Source: Clostridia bacterium
GTDB lineage: Bacteria; Bacillota; Clostridia; UBA1212; DUPL01
Assembly: GCA_050951325.1 (NCBI GenBank)
Contig: JBMNIW010000004.1
Coordinates: 1-64,000 of the forward strand
Reading direction: 5' to 3'
Length of the DNA: 64,000 nt
Shown: one piece after another, positions 48,565-59,352 of the stretch
Numbering within the stretch: position 1 is the first letter of the stretch
How the letters are laid out: each line of letters starts with the position of its first letter
Notes under the pieces: generated by a model
What the model saw: the letters and a program-made list of their open reading frames with translations, nothing else
Database searches by the model: none
What the model was told of the DNA's origin: nothing
Translations under genes and position numbers: made by a program

Positions 48565-50273
48565 ACCAGCATCTCTCCCATCTGCGTGCTTGCAATCTCC
48601 TGATACAGCTCGTTGGATTTAATCAGTTCATCATGCGTGCCATACCCCAGTATCCTTCCTTCATCCAAAACAATAATTCGTTCTGCATGTTTTATGGAAC
48701 TTATCCTCTGAGCAATAATAATTGTGGTAGTACCTTTGTAGTGTTTCTTGAGTTCCCTTCGCAGCGAAGCATCCGTCTTGTAGTCAAGAGCACTGGATGC
48801 ATCGTCCAGTATCAATATTTCAGGCCTTCCCGCTAGTGCCCTTGCAATTAAAAGTCTTTGCTTCTGTCCACCTGAGAAATTGGCTCCCTTGATGGACAGC
48901 ATGAAATCAAGACCTACACCTTTTACAAAATCAGACGCCTGGGCATGCTCTATCGACCTGCTGATATCCTCAATACTGATTTCCCTTCCAAGCTTAATAT
49001 TCTCAGCTACTGTATCTCTGAAAAGAGCATCGTTTTGGAATACAACGCCAAACCTTCTTCTAAGATCCTTAAGGTCATAGCTTCTTACATCCTTGCCATC
49101 AATTCTGATGGAGCCTTTGTCGGGGTCGTAGAATCTCATCAACAGTTTTAACAAAGTGCTTTTACCAGAACCTGTCGCCCCGATAATTCCCAAAGTCTCA
49201 CCCTTTTTAATCCCAAAGGAAATATCCGAAACATCATCCTTCACTTTGTTGTATGAAAATGACACGTTTTCAAAGGTAATGAAATCCTCATCGTCTTTTT
49301 CCAGGATGTTTTCAAAAGATGTTGTATCAGATGGCTTAACTTCCAGAACTTCCTGAATTCTATTGGCAGAAGCAATGGACCTTGAGAATACCGTAAATAT
49401 TCTTGTAATGGAAAGCATGGCATTTAGAATAATAGTGAAGTATGTAAGGAAAGCAACAATCTTTCCAACCTCTGAAACACCTGCATTTACTCTAAAGGCT
49501 CCCAACAATATTACTCCCACAAGACCGCCCTGAAGGAGAAAGTTCATGGCAGGCTTTATTGTATTGAGAACCATGTTTGCCTTGTTCTCATCATTCATTA
49601 CCTTTTTATTCACCTTGTCAAACCTATCTTTTTCATAATCCGACTTGGATAATGCTTTAATAACGCGTACACCGGTAATGTTTTCTCTAAGAACCCTTAT
49701 CATATCCTCCGTGGATTCCTGCACAGTTCTAAACAGAGGAATGCCCTTGGAAGACACTGTGTATGTAATAAAAACTAGAAATACAAGTACAACCACCAAT
49801 ACAAGGGTAAGAACCGGATCAAGAGTTAACGTGACCAAAAGGCCCCCTATTAATAAAATTGGAGCCCTTATGCCAATTCTCTGCATCATTCCCACCATTC
49901 GATGCACGTTGTATGTATCCGATGTCATTCTGGATATCAATGATGGAATGGTGAACTTATCCACATAATCATTTGAAAGATACATGATTTTAGTAAAAAG
50001 ATCATGCCTGATTCTTTGGGTTGTGTACCTTGCCACCAAGGAAGCCATTCTGTTGGCTATAATATTTGTAAGCATGGCAATAATGGAGCAGACTACCATA
50101 AGACCGCCCCAGGCAAGTATTTCCTTAAGATTCTCTTTAGCTATTACATTATCTATTATATATGCCAATATCCATGGCAGTAACAAATCCATTATGGTTC
50201 CAGTAAATTTGATTAGAAACCCAATCGACATTCTGAAATAATATGGTTTTAAATATCTAAAAACAGTGCGCAT
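48561..50273 (-). CDS. ABC exporter, fused permease/ATPase (degenerate-site subunit)
   Basis: GATGSGKS, FSGGQKQR, LDDASS and IAQR. Confidence 0.93.
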   Translation of the reverse strand: MRTVFRYLKPYYFRMSIGFLIKFTGTIMDLLLPWILAYIIDNVIAKENLKEILAWGGLMVVCSIIAMLTNIIANRMASLVARYTTQRIRHDLFTKIMYLSNDYVDKFTIPSLISRMTSDTYNVHRMVGMMQRIGIRAPILLIGGLLVTLTLDPVLTLVLVVVLVFLVFITYTVSSKGIPLFRTVQESTEDMIRVLRENITGVRVIKALSKSDYEKDRFDKVNKKVMNDENKANMVLNTIKPAMNFLLQGGLVGVILLGAFRVNAGVSEVGKIVAFLTYFTIILNAMLSITRIFTVFSRSIASANRIQEVLEVKPSDTTSFENILEKDDEDFITFENVSFSYNKVKDDVSDISFGIKKGETLGIIGATGSGKSTLLKLLMRFYDPDKGSIRIDGKDVRSYDLKDLRRRFGVVFQNDALFRDTVAENIKLGREISIEDISRSIEHAQASDFVKGVGLDFMLSIKGANFSGGQKQRLLIARALAGRPEILILDDASSALDYKTDASLRRELKKHYKGTTTIIIAQRISSIKHAERIIVLDEGRILGYGTHDELIKSNELYQEIASTQMGEMLV

Positions 50274-50321
50274 ATCATCTCGCCTTCAAAGTGAAGACCC
50301 TCAAAAATCACCGCCCTTTCC

Positions 50322-51446
50322 CTATTTTCTCCAAACAAACTCATTTATTATCTTTGAATAACCCTGTATTATCTTTACTACCTTGATGGAAACATTGTCA
50401 TCTTCGTAATCCAACGGCTCTGAGAAAACATCTCCATTTTCCCAAATCCCCCTTACAAGTTCAATGGACTGAAGGACATCCCTTTCAGTTATTCCACCAA
50501 TTACAATGCTTCCCTTGTCGACAACCTCAGGTCTTTCAGTTGAAGTCCTTATAAGTACTGCAGGGAACTTAAGCATCGAAGATTCTTCCGACAGTGTTCC
50601 ACTGTCGGAAAGGACACAGAAAGACTCCTTCTGAAGCTTGTTGTAATCAAAGAATCCAAAAGGTCTTAGCTGCTTGACCAATGGATGGAACTTGAATTCC
50701 CTTTTCTCGATCATCTTCTGACTTCTTGGGTGAATGGAATAAACAACAGGCATGTTATAAGTTTCCGCCACCTCGTTTATTGCATTCATCAGCGAGAAAA
50801 AGTGTTCCTCATTATCTATATTCTCTTCCCTGTGGGCAGATATCACGAAATATCTATTTTTCTCCAAAGATAACTCCTCAAGAACATTGCTTTTTTCAAT
50901 CTTCTCCATATTCTTGACAATTACTTCTTTCATGGGCGAGCCGGTTACAAAAATATGCTCTTTTCTTATGCCCTCACTCAAAAGATACCTTCTGCTGTGC
51001 TCAGTATACGGAAGATTAATATCACTTATATGGTCTACAATCTTCCTGTTTATTTCCTCAGGAACATTCTGGTCGAAACAGCGATTTCCCGCCTCCATGT
51101 GGAAAATGGGTATCTTGAGCCTCTTTGCCGGAATTGCACTTAAAGCAGAATTGGTGTCTCCAAGTATCAATAGCGCCTCAGGCCTTTCCTTTTCAAGAAC
51201 TTCATACGCCTTTGCTACAATATTGCCTATGGTTTCACCCAGATTACTGCCTGCAGCATTTAGATAATAGTCAGGCTCTCTTAATCCAAGATCTTCAAAA
51301 AACACCTGGTTCAAAGTATAATCCCAGTTCTGGCCCGTGTGTACAAGTATGTGATTGAAATATTTGTCACAAGCCTTTATACATTCCGACAACCTAATAA
51401 TCTCCGGTCTTGTTCCAATAATAGTCATTACCTTCAGCTTTTCCAT
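50322..51446 (-). CDS. fnlC: UDP-sugar 2-epimerase, FnlC/CapG/WbjD type
   Basis: GTRPEIIRL, HMEAGNRCFD.NVPEEINR and SDSGT; follows fnlB. Confidence 0.85.
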   Translation of the reverse strand: MEKLKVMTIIGTRPEIIRLSECIKACDKYFNHILVHTGQNWDYTLNQVFFEDLGLREPDYYLNAAGSNLGETIGNIVAKAYEVLEKERPEALLILGDTNSALSAIPAKRLKIPIFHMEAGNRCFDQNVPEEINRKIVDHISDINLPYTEHSRRYLLSEGIRKEHIFVTGSPMKEVIVKNMEKIEKSNVLEELSLEKNRYFVISAHREENIDNEEHFFSLMNAINEVAETYNMPVVYSIHPRSQKMIEKREFKFHPLVKQLRPFGFFDYNKLQKESFCVLSDSGTLSEESSMLKFPAVLIRTSTERPEVVDKGSIVIGGITERDVLQSIELVRGIWENGDVFSEPLDYEDDNVSIKVVKIIQGYSKIINEFVWRK

Positions 51447-51456
51447 ATTCTCTCTC

Positions 51457-52572
51457 CTACACCTCTTCATAATATGTATCCGGTCTTTCCGGGTCAAAAC
51501 ACTCATTCGCCCACATTATAGTTACCAGATCCGTCTGTCCCACGTTCTCAATTGAATGGGTGTATCCTGGTGGTATGTCTACAACTCTTAGCTCCTTGTC
51601 CGACACACGCACCTCGATAATATCCTTTTCCCCAATTTTTCTGAACCTGATTACTGCCTCTCCGCTGACAACCAGAAATTTCTCATTCTTGGTGTGATGC
51701 CAGTGATTTCCCTTTACAATGCCTGGTTTTGATACGTTTACCGACACCTGTCCTCTTTCAGGCGTTTTAAGGAACTCGGTAAAAGCTCCTCTGTGATCCA
51801 CATTCATCTTAAGAGGATAACTAAAATCATCTTCCTTGAGATAGCTAAGATATGTGCTGTAGAGTTTCTTGCACAATTCATCGTCCATGTTGGGAACAAG
51901 CAGATTCTTTCTCGACTCCTTGAAGGATTGTATAAGTATTGCAATTTCACCCAACGCTCTTGTATATGTTATGGGTACATAACAAAATCCGTCTTCCTTG
52001 ATATTTGCCCTTCCCTCAATGGCATTTATGAATTCATCCACCACATCGTCAATGTAGGCAACATTCATGACATAATTAGGATCATTTACAGTTATGGGCA
52101 AATCCCTCGCAATATTATGACAGAAGGTTGCAATAACGCTGTTGTAGTTGGGTCTGCAGCACTTTCCAAACAAGTTTGGAAGCCTGTACACAAAAACTTC
52201 TGCGTTGTTTCTTCTGCCATAATCAAAAATGACCTGTTCCGCATTTCTCTTGCTTGTTCCATAAGGATTGTCCTTTTCAGCGTGAATGGATGACGAGAAG
52301 ATTATGCTTGTCCTTTTATCACGCTTCTCAAGCATATCAATTATCTGGCTTGTAAAGCCGTGATTGCCTGTTTCAAACTCCTTATCCTCCTTGGGTCTGT
52401 TCACGCCTGCCAAATGAACGAGAAAGTCAGCCTGCATGATAAATTCTTCAAGCAAGCTTTCTTCCGTATCCACATCATATTCCATAACTTCATACTTTTC
52501 ACTGTTTTTCAGAGAAAGACACAAATTCTTTCCAACGAAACCTTTTGCTCCAGTAACCAGAATCTTCTTCAA
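51457..52572 (-). CDS. fnlB: SDR + cupin reductase/epimerase, FnlB/CapF/WbjC type
   Basis: TGAKGFVGKNL, HLAGVNRP, RPNYNS and KGNHWHHTKNEKF. Confidence 0.88.
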   Translation of the reverse strand: MKKILVTGAKGFVGKNLCLSLKNSEKYEVMEYDVDTEESLLEEFIMQADFLVHLAGVNRPKEDKEFETGNHGFTSQIIDMLEKRDKRTSIIFSSSIHAEKDNPYGTSKRNAEQVIFDYGRRNNAEVFVYRLPNLFGKCCRPNYNSVIATFCHNIARDLPITVNDPNYVMNVAYIDDVVDEFINAIEGRANIKEDGFCYVPITYTRALGEIAILIQSFKESRKNLLVPNMDDELCKKLYSTYLSYLKEDDFSYPLKMNVDHRGAFTEFLKTPERGQVSVNVSKPGIVKGNHWHHTKNEKFLVVSGEAVIRFRKIGEKDIIEVRVSDKELRVVDIPPGYTHSIENVGQTDLVTIMWANECFDPERPDTYYEEV

Positions 52573-52609
52573 AAAACCGCCACCTTTTCCAAAACACTAC
52601 TTAAATATA

Positions 52610-53833
52610 TTAACGCAGCGATTCCTGCAAGTCAACAAATATGTCAAAAAGACTGTCAAAAAAACTGTCTTTTGTAAAATTATCAAGATAATATTTTCTT
52701 CCGTTATGACCTTTTTCCTTGTATGTTTCAAAATCCAACATGATTTGAGCCATGATGGAAGCCAGTCCTTCATGATCGCTTCCTCTTACACACAAACCAC
52801 AGTCTGCCTCATTTATAACTTCCATGGCAGCCCCATCTATTGCTCCTGCAATGGGTTTGCCCACACTTAAATAACTCTGGGCCTTGCCAGGCAGTGTCAT
52901 GCTTATGAAATCTCCGCCACGCATTGTCAGGAGAAAGCAATCCGCCATTTCGTAAAACCTCTTCATTTCAGAAAGAGGGTGTCTTCCATGGAAAACCACT
53001 TGATTAACAACATCAAGTTCTTTTGTGAGATTTTTGCAGTTCTCTAGATTTATCCCATCCCCAACAATATGGACCTTGTATTCCTTTCCATTGTTCAAAT
53101 TATTATCTTCAATATGTTTTACCGCTTTAATAATGCACTCAATATCCTGTACGGAACCTATATTGCCTGCAAATAAAAAATCAACAACTCCGTTTTCAAG
53201 ATATTTTCCTGCAATATTTTCGTACAAATCCTCCGCATACTGAGGCAGATAAACAATCCTTTCATCATCCACTCCGATTACTTTGGTCAGATACTCCCTA
53301 AAAGGCTTTGATGATATAAGTATCAGATCACATTTTCTGTACAGTTTCTTACTCAAAGCCATGGCACATCTGAAAAAAAGAGAACTCTCTTTAATATCCC
53401 AGGCTTTCAAAACTTCGGGCCATATATCCATGCAGTAAAGAACCACAGGTTTTTTTATTCTCTTTCCCAGCGACAGGGCAGGTATGGCCTGCAGTATGGG
53501 GGTAATCTGATTTACGAATATTACATCACAGGATGGTTTCCTGCAAAGCTTTGTATGAATAAAACCATTGAATGCAAAAGACGAGTACGTAAGAATTCTG
53601 AAAAAAGCGCCTGTTCTTCTTGAAACGGTAGATACTCTGACAACCTTTGCTCCATCAACTGTTTCTTTTCTCCTTCTAAAAAACCTGTACTCTTTCCTTA
53701 CAGTACCGGTCTCGTAATCAGGAAGGCCTGCCAGTGTGGTTACATTGTGACCTCTTTGAACGAACTCCCTTACCATATCGTTAACCTTGAAGTTGTCCGG
53801 GTAATAGTATTCAGAAACCACATAAATGTCCAT
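52610..53833 (-). CDS. GT4 glycosyltransferase (WbuB/CapL-like)
   Basis: SEYYYPD, DIWPE, FAGNIG..Q and LPGKAQSYL. Confidence 0.85.
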   Translation of the reverse strand: MDIYVVSEYYYPDNFKVNDMVREFVQRGHNVTTLAGLPDYETGTVRKEYRFFRRRKETVDGAKVVRVSTVSRRTGAFFRILTYSSFAFNGFIHTKLCRKPSCDVIFVNQITPILQAIPALSLGKRIKKPVVLYCMDIWPEVLKAWDIKESSLFFRCAMALSKKLYRKCDLILISSKPFREYLTKVIGVDDERIVYLPQYAEDLYENIAGKYLENGVVDFLFAGNIGSVQDIECIIKAVKHIEDNNLNNGKEYKVHIVGDGINLENCKNLTKELDVVNQVVFHGRHPLSEMKRFYEMADCFLLTMRGGDFISMTLPGKAQSYLSVGKPIAGAIDGAAMEVINEADCGLCVRGSDHEGLASIMAQIMLDFETYKEKGHNGRKYYLDNFTKDSFFDSLFDIFVDLQESLR

Positions 53834-55201
53834 CTACCGTTTCTCATCTCCTTTGTTGAATCCTTCAGTACTCTCGGGTTTAAATAGTATCTTTATCGTA
53901 GTCAGCATAAGCTTCAGGTCCAGAAGAAGCGAATAGTTCTCAATGTAAATCAGGTCAAGTCTCAGTTTGTCATATGGGCTTGTATTGTACTTGCCAAGAA
54001 CCTGGGCATATCCTGTAAGTCCGCCCTTTACCTTCAGTCTGTATCTGAACTCTGGAATCTGCTCGCTGTACATATCCACATGTTCAACCCTCTCCGGCCT
54101 TGGCCCCACAACACTCATGTCTCCTTTCAGGATATTGAAAAGCTGCGGAAGCTCGTCCATGCGAATCTTTCTTATAACCTTTCCAACTGGTGTAATCCTG
54201 GGGTCGTTGTCTTCGGCCGGTATTACCTCTCCATCTTTTTCTGCATCCACAATCATACTCCTGAACTTCAGTATGTTGAACACCTTTCCATCTTTGGTAT
54301 ATCTTTTTTGTTTGAAAAGAACAGGGCCCTTGTCATGCAATTTTATCGCAGCAGCAATAACTATCATGACAGGTGAAAACAGTATGATCAGTACAAGGGA
54401 TAAAATCATGTCCATCAGTCTTTTAATTATCCTCTGCCCTATTGTCAGGCCTTTGTTGCTGCAGTAATATATGGGAGAATCGAAAAGCTCCAATCGTGAC
54501 GCTCCTCTTATCATCAAATCTGACAACTTTGGAGATATATATACGCTTATCCCTTTTTCAAAGCAGTACTTAAGTATGTTCTCCCTCAAAGGTTCTTTTT
54601 CACTGGCAAGAGCAACCACACCGCATTCATCCAAGGCCTTCTTAACTGCCTCAAAATCTTCATCGGAGCTTAATACCACTTTTAAGTTGAACTTGTCCTT
54701 CCTCATATTGAGTTTGTCCTCAACCTCTATCAGGTCAAAAGGGTTGTCGTATATTAGAGCAATGTCCCTTGGGGGATACATTTTCTTGTACACTGCATCC
54801 GCAATGTACGCCCATACAATAATTATAACTATATCCACCAGAGTAAGAATAACAATGGGCAGTGCTTTTGAAATTACAAGAGTCCTTTCCATCAAGCTGA
54901 TTTGCAGATACGTAATAGCATTTACAAACAAAATGGAGATTATCTGTGAATTAATCACATCAAGTCTTTTGAGCTGCCCTATTTGATAGCCACCGTACAA
55001 GCTTGTAAAGGTATACAGAAGTATTGCATACACGCCCAGTACGGTAAAGTTTCCACCAAAAGGAAATGGCATGGACAGCTTTTCTGAAAACCATGCAAAA
55101 CCGTATGCAAGGGTAAGAAGGGTCAGGTTTACTAATGTAAACAAACCCTCCACAACACCGTACATGTTGTCCATATGCTTTTGGCCATTTCCTTTTTTCA
55201 T
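53834..55201 (-). CDS. Initiating polyprenyl-phosphate sugar phosphotransferase (WcaJ/CpsE-like)
   Basis: KFRSM, DELPQLFNILKGDMSVVGPRPE and GLTGYAQV. Confidence 0.92.
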   Translation of the reverse strand: MKKGNGQKHMDNMYGVVEGLFTLVNLTLLTLAYGFAWFSEKLSMPFPFGGNFTVLGVYAILLYTFTSLYGGYQIGQLKRLDVINSQIISILFVNAITYLQISLMERTLVISKALPIVILTLVDIVIIIVWAYIADAVYKKMYPPRDIALIYDNPFDLIEVEDKLNMRKDKFNLKVVLSSDEDFEAVKKALDECGVVALASEKEPLRENILKYCFEKGISVYISPKLSDLMIRGASRLELFDSPIYYCSNKGLTIGQRIIKRLMDMILSLVLIILFSPVMIVIAAAIKLHDKGPVLFKQKRYTKDGKVFNILKFRSMIVDAEKDGEVIPAEDNDPRITPVGKVIRKIRMDELPQLFNILKGDMSVVGPRPERVEHVDMYSEQIPEFRYRLKVKGGLTGYAQVLGKYNTSPYDKLRLDLIYIENYSLLLDLKLMLTTIKILFKPESTEGFNKGDEKR

Positions 55202-55202
55202 A

Positions 55203-55937
55203 CTATCCCCTACCCAGCGCTTTCAAAACCCTGTCGGGCACATTGGTAATTATACCCGTAGGTTCCATCTCTATTGCTTTCTGTATGTCTTCAGGACTGT
55301 CAACAGTCCACACATTACATCCTATTCCATGTCTCTTGCACTCATCCACTATAGCCTTGTTCACACAAGATAATGCCGGATGAATGAAGTCTGCATTGTT
55401 TGTCCTAACCATTGCCACCGTCTCTTCAGGACTTAAAACATGTCCATACAGTAGAGAGGTTTTAAGTTTTGGGAACAACTCCTTCAGTTCTTTGAGAATA
55501 TTGTGATCGAAGCTTGAAATCATGGATTTCTCAAGACACTTGTATGAGACTATAGTGTCATAAAGGATTGTGAAAGCCTTTTTTCTGTCTTGTGGGTTGA
55601 AAGGCGTTTTTAACTCAATGTTTATGACATCCATATCCTTCACAGTCTCCATAAACTCCTCCAACAGAGGAATTTTCGTTCCCTCATATTCTTTCCCAAA
55701 CTTTGTTCCGTAATCAAAACGGTTTAAATATTCATATGTATTTTCCGAGATCTTTCCTGTGCCTGTTGAGGTTCTTGCAATCTCATCATCGTGACAAACC
55801 ACATATCTGTAATCATTAGTCAGATGAATATCGTTCTCAACACCGTCCGCCTTCATTCTGACTGCCAGTTCAAAAGCAGGCAATGTATTTTCAGGCGCAT
55901 ATGCGGAAGCTCCCCTGTGTGCCTGTACCTGTATCAT
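55203..55937 (-). CDS. Glycerophosphodiester phosphodiesterase
   Basis: AHRGAS..APENT, ENDIH, NIELK and WTVD. Confidence 0.92.
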   Translation of the reverse strand: MIQVQAHRGASAYAPENTLPAFELAVRMKADGVENDIHLTNDYRYVVCHDDEIARTSTGTGKISENTYEYLNRFDYGTKFGKEYEGTKIPLLEEFMETVKDMDVINIELKTPFNPQDRKKAFTILYDTIVSYKCLEKSMISSFDHNILKELKELFPKLKTSLLYGHVLSPEETVAMVRTNNADFIHPALSCVNKAIVDECKRHGIGCNVWTVDSPEDIQKAIEMEPTGIITNVPDRVLKALGRG

Positions 55938-55940
55938 AGA

Positions 55941-57200
55941 TTAGTCCTCCTGTGCTTTTCTCTTTCTTATTACACTACCCGGTGCAACAAAAATTGGCAC
56001 CCTTAATCTTGTCACCATCATGGCCTTTGCAGCCCTGTCAATTGCGTTATCTTCCTCATCATACATTTCATTTATTGTTACCTTAAAAACTCCGTCTCCA
56101 GGAGCTACAAATTCCAACGTATCTCCCCTGTTAAAATCTCCCCTTAAATAAAACATGATTTCGTACATATTATCGGCTATTTTATCACACTTTTCAATAG
56201 TTCCAATAAATTGTGTGTCACGAATATATGAGGCGCTGGCATAAATCTGGCTGCCCCTCTCTCCCAGATAGAATCCGGTGGAGTAATTCCTGTGACTTAC
56301 ACTGGAGAGTTCCCCAAGAAGCTCCTTGTGAAGTTCCACATTATTCTTGTAACCAGTAGGATTCTTGTAATATTCGTCAATCGCAATCCTGTAAGCCCTT
56401 ACAACCACAGCGGTATAAAATTCACTTTTCATCCTTCCCTCAATCTTAAGAGAAGATATTCCACTTTCTATCATCTTGTCTATATGCTCAACCATGCACA
56501 AATCCTTTGAGTTGAATATGAAGGTTCCATGCTCAGTTTCCTCAACAGGCATATACTCCCCAGGTCTTTTTTCTTCAACCAGACTGTACTTCCAACGGCA
56601 AGGCTGGGCGCAGTCTCCCCTGTTTGAAGGCCTGTCCGCAAGGAAGTCGCTAATCAAACATCTTCCAGAGTAAGCCATGCACATGCTTCCATGAACAAAT
56701 GCTTCTAGTTCGCAGTCAATGCCGTCCTTTAACAGAGTTGAGTTTATCTTCCCAATCTCTGATAACGACAGCTCCCTTGCCAGATTTACTCTTGTCGCCC
56801 CATTCTTTGCCCAAAACTTTATGGTCTGAGAATTAAGATTGTTTGCCTGCGTGCTTACATGTATATCAAGTTCCGGTATTTCTTCTCTTACCAGATTGAA
56901 AAAACCAATATCACTGATTATGACGGCATGTACTCCAACTCCATGCAGCTTTCTTACATAATTCAGCATCTGTGACATATCGTCATCTCTTGGTAGTATA
57001 TTTACCGTCACATATATTTTCTTATTCAACCTGTTTGCAATTTCCACCGCTTCCTTCATTTCTTCCAAAGTGAAGTTGTCGGCTTTTGCTCTTAAACCAA
57101 ACTGGCTGCCACCAAGGTAGCAAGCATCAGCACCAAACAAAAATGCCGTTTTCAGTTTTGTCATATTGCCTGCAGGAGCAAGCAATTCAACTTTTTCCAT
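55941..57200 (-). CDS. U32 family protein (TrhP/YrrO-like tRNA hydroxylation)
   Basis: ELLAPAG, HGSMCMAYSGRC, NRGDCAQPCRW and LKIEGR; mltG-methyltransferase-U32 synteny. Confidence 0.88.
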   Translation of the reverse strand: MEKVELLAPAGNMTKLKTAFLFGADACYLGGSQFGLRAKADNFTLEEMKEAVEIANRLNKKIYVTVNILPRDDDMSQMLNYVRKLHGVGVHAVIISDIGFFNLVREEIPELDIHVSTQANNLNSQTIKFWAKNGATRVNLARELSLSEIGKINSTLLKDGIDCELEAFVHGSMCMAYSGRCLISDFLADRPSNRGDCAQPCRWKYSLVEEKRPGEYMPVEETEHGTFIFNSKDLCMVEHIDKMIESGISSLKIEGRMKSEFYTAVVVRAYRIAIDEYYKNPTGYKNNVELHKELLGELSSVSHRNYSTGFYLGERGSQIYASASYIRDTQFIGTIEKCDKIADNMYEIMFYLRGDFNRGDTLEFVAPGDGVFKVTINEMYDEEDNAIDRAAKAMMVTRLRVPIFVAPGSVIRKRKAQED

Positions 57201-57212
57201 CTTTATCTCCTT

Positions 57213-57839
57213 CTATTTAATCCTTGTAGATATTGCTATTCCATCCCCTGTTTCCAAAATGCTTGTAACAAATCTGTCATCTGATGTAAGTCTCTCCAGA
57301 AAACTGCGCAGATTTGCCACAATAGTTCTATGTTTTCTATCAACAAACTTTGGTTCGTCATATATTTTTCCATGGTAGGATATGTTGTCACAAAGCAAAA
57401 CCCCGCCAACCTTCAGCAGCCTCAGAATATCATCATACACGTCTATATACCTGCTTTTTGCTCCATCTAGGAAAATCATGTCGTACTTTATGTCAAGGCA
57501 TGCAAACACATCCTGCATGTCGCCCGCAATTACATGAATCCTTTCTTCCAGGTTTGCCCGCTTAATATTCTCTCTAGCAACAACCACTAGGTCAGGATCA
57601 ATCTCAACAGTGTCGATAATACAGTCCGAGCTGGATGCCTCTGCCATAAGGATGGAAGAGTATCCAATGGCAGTGCCTGCCTCAAGTATCCTGCCAGGCT
57701 TCATCATGTGAACAATAACCTTGAGAAGGCTTGCCATATCCTCCCTTACTATGGGTATGTGATTTTTTACTGCCTCATCATATATCTTATTCAAACAGTC
57801 TGATCTGTCTGTTATCAATCCAATCAAATAATCGTTCAT
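57213..57839 (-). CDS. O-methyltransferase (TrmR/YrrM-like)
   Basis: ILEAGTAIGYS, IFLDGAK and GDG; synteny. Confidence 0.88.
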   Translation of the reverse strand: MNDYLIGLITDRSDCLNKIYDEAVKNHIPIVREDMASLLKVIVHMMKPGRILEAGTAIGYSSILMAEASSSDCIIDTVEIDPDLVVVARENIKRANLEERIHVIAGDMQDVFACLDIKYDMIFLDGAKSRYIDVYDDILRLLKVGGVLLCDNISYHGKIYDEPKFVDRKHRTIVANLRSFLERLTSDDRFVTSILETGDGIAISTRIK

Positions 57840-59128
57840 CAGCTGTTCTTCGCCTTCAAATGTTCTTCGTAAGTTCTTGAGAATATATGTCCTCCGGAAC
57901 CGTCTTTCCTTAGAACGAAGTAATAGTAGTCGTGCTGCTCTGGTTTTAGAGCAGCTTCAATGGATGCAAGACCAGGATTGCAAATCGGTCCTGGAGGAAG
58001 TCCCTTTGCAACGTATGTGTTGTATGGATCCTGAATCTTTTCGTGTTCTTCTGTAATGTCTCCATCCAGAGTTTCATTATATATCTTTTTATACGCATAT
58101 CTGACGGTCGCACAGGACTGGAGATATGCCATGTCAGGATCCGAGCTTTTCAACCTGTTGTGAAATACTCCGGATACCGTTATTCTCTCTGAAGGAACTT
58201 TTACTTCCTTCTCAATAATTGACGCCAGCTTTATAATATCATCCACCGTGTATCCAAGATTTCCCGCCATGTCATAGTATGCTGGCTTGAATACCTCGTT
58301 GAACCTGTTAAGCATCTTGTATATTACAGAGTTTACATTCGCATCCACGTCAAACTCGTAAGTATCAGGGAAAAGATACCCGTCAAGTCGGTAATCCCTT
58401 CCGTTGGCGTCTGGTATGAAGGGATACGAGGATAAGTCGATAGTCTGTACCGCCTTGAGAAACTCATCGGCGCTGCACACACCATTCGCCTGAAGCCTCT
58501 GGGCAATCTGCTCTGTGGTAAACCCTTCGGGAAATGTCACCTTTACACTTTCGGGATAGCTTGTAAGGATTATCATAATCTCGTCATAGCTAAGCCCTTT
58601 ACTCAATGTGTAGGTTCCAGCTTTGTATCTTCCGTCATAGCCGTTGAACTTTGATAAAAAGCGGTACACTTCCGTGTTTCTAATAAGGCCCATTTCCTTG
58701 AGATTGTTGGCAATATCCTTTGTAGTTGCTCCTCTTTCTATCTTGAACTTGACCTCGGTTTCAGGGTCAATGTAAATACTTTCTATACTTGTTGGATTGT
58801 TGTATTTGTCAACAAGATAGGTGTAGGACAAAAAGCTTGAAAAAAACACCACACAAACGCAGAATACAACAAACAGAAGCAGGTAAGGCAGATTACTCCT
58901 GTTTTTGACTTTCTTTTTATGTGAAACTTTCCTTATTTTAACTTTCTGTCTTTTTTCGCCTGTCGCTGCTTTGGGTATTCTTGTCTGTTTAAGTGCAGTA
59001 GATGAAGTTGCATTCGACTGCGTCCTTCTTGCTGCACCAGGTTTTCTGATACCCTTCGTTTGCGGCAATACGCCTTTTGTGTTGGCTCTTTGAGATCCAA
59101 GCTTGTTGTCAGGCATATCCTTTTTCAC
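57839..59128 (-). CDS. mltG: Endolytic transglycosylase MltG with basic N-terminal extension
   Basis: TFPEG, GYLFPDTY, ASIIEKE and YNTY...GLPPGPICNPG. Confidence 0.93.
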   Translation of the reverse strand: MKKDMPDNKLGSQRANTKGVLPQTKGIRKPGAARRTQSNATSSTALKQTRIPKAATGEKRQKVKIRKVSHKKKVKNRSNLPYLLLFVVFCVCVVFFSSFLSYTYLVDKYNNPTSIESIYIDPETEVKFKIERGATTKDIANNLKEMGLIRNTEVYRFLSKFNGYDGRYKAGTYTLSKGLSYDEIMIILTSYPESVKVTFPEGFTTEQIAQRLQANGVCSADEFLKAVQTIDLSSYPFIPDANGRDYRLDGYLFPDTYEFDVDANVNSVIYKMLNRFNEVFKPAYYDMAGNLGYTVDDIIKLASIIEKEVKVPSERITVSGVFHNRLKSSDPDMAYLQSCATVRYAYKKIYNETLDGDITEEHEKIQDPYNTYVAKGLPPGPICNPGLASIEAALKPEQHDYYYFVLRKDGSGGHIFSRTYEEHLKAKNS

Positions 59129-59352
59129 CTCTATACATCAGCTCTTGCAATCCTCTTTGAAAAATATCTTTTTCGTATGTATCATACCCATCAAAGATAC
59201 GATTCATTATACCATTACCCATAATATCGGTCAAGAATTCCCACAATCAGGCAATTATCCTACGTAATAGAAATATAAAAAGTCTGTACAAATTATACAA
59301 ATAATGTTATCATAATGTGAAAGGTTCAATATAAGTGCAAGGAGTTGGCAAC

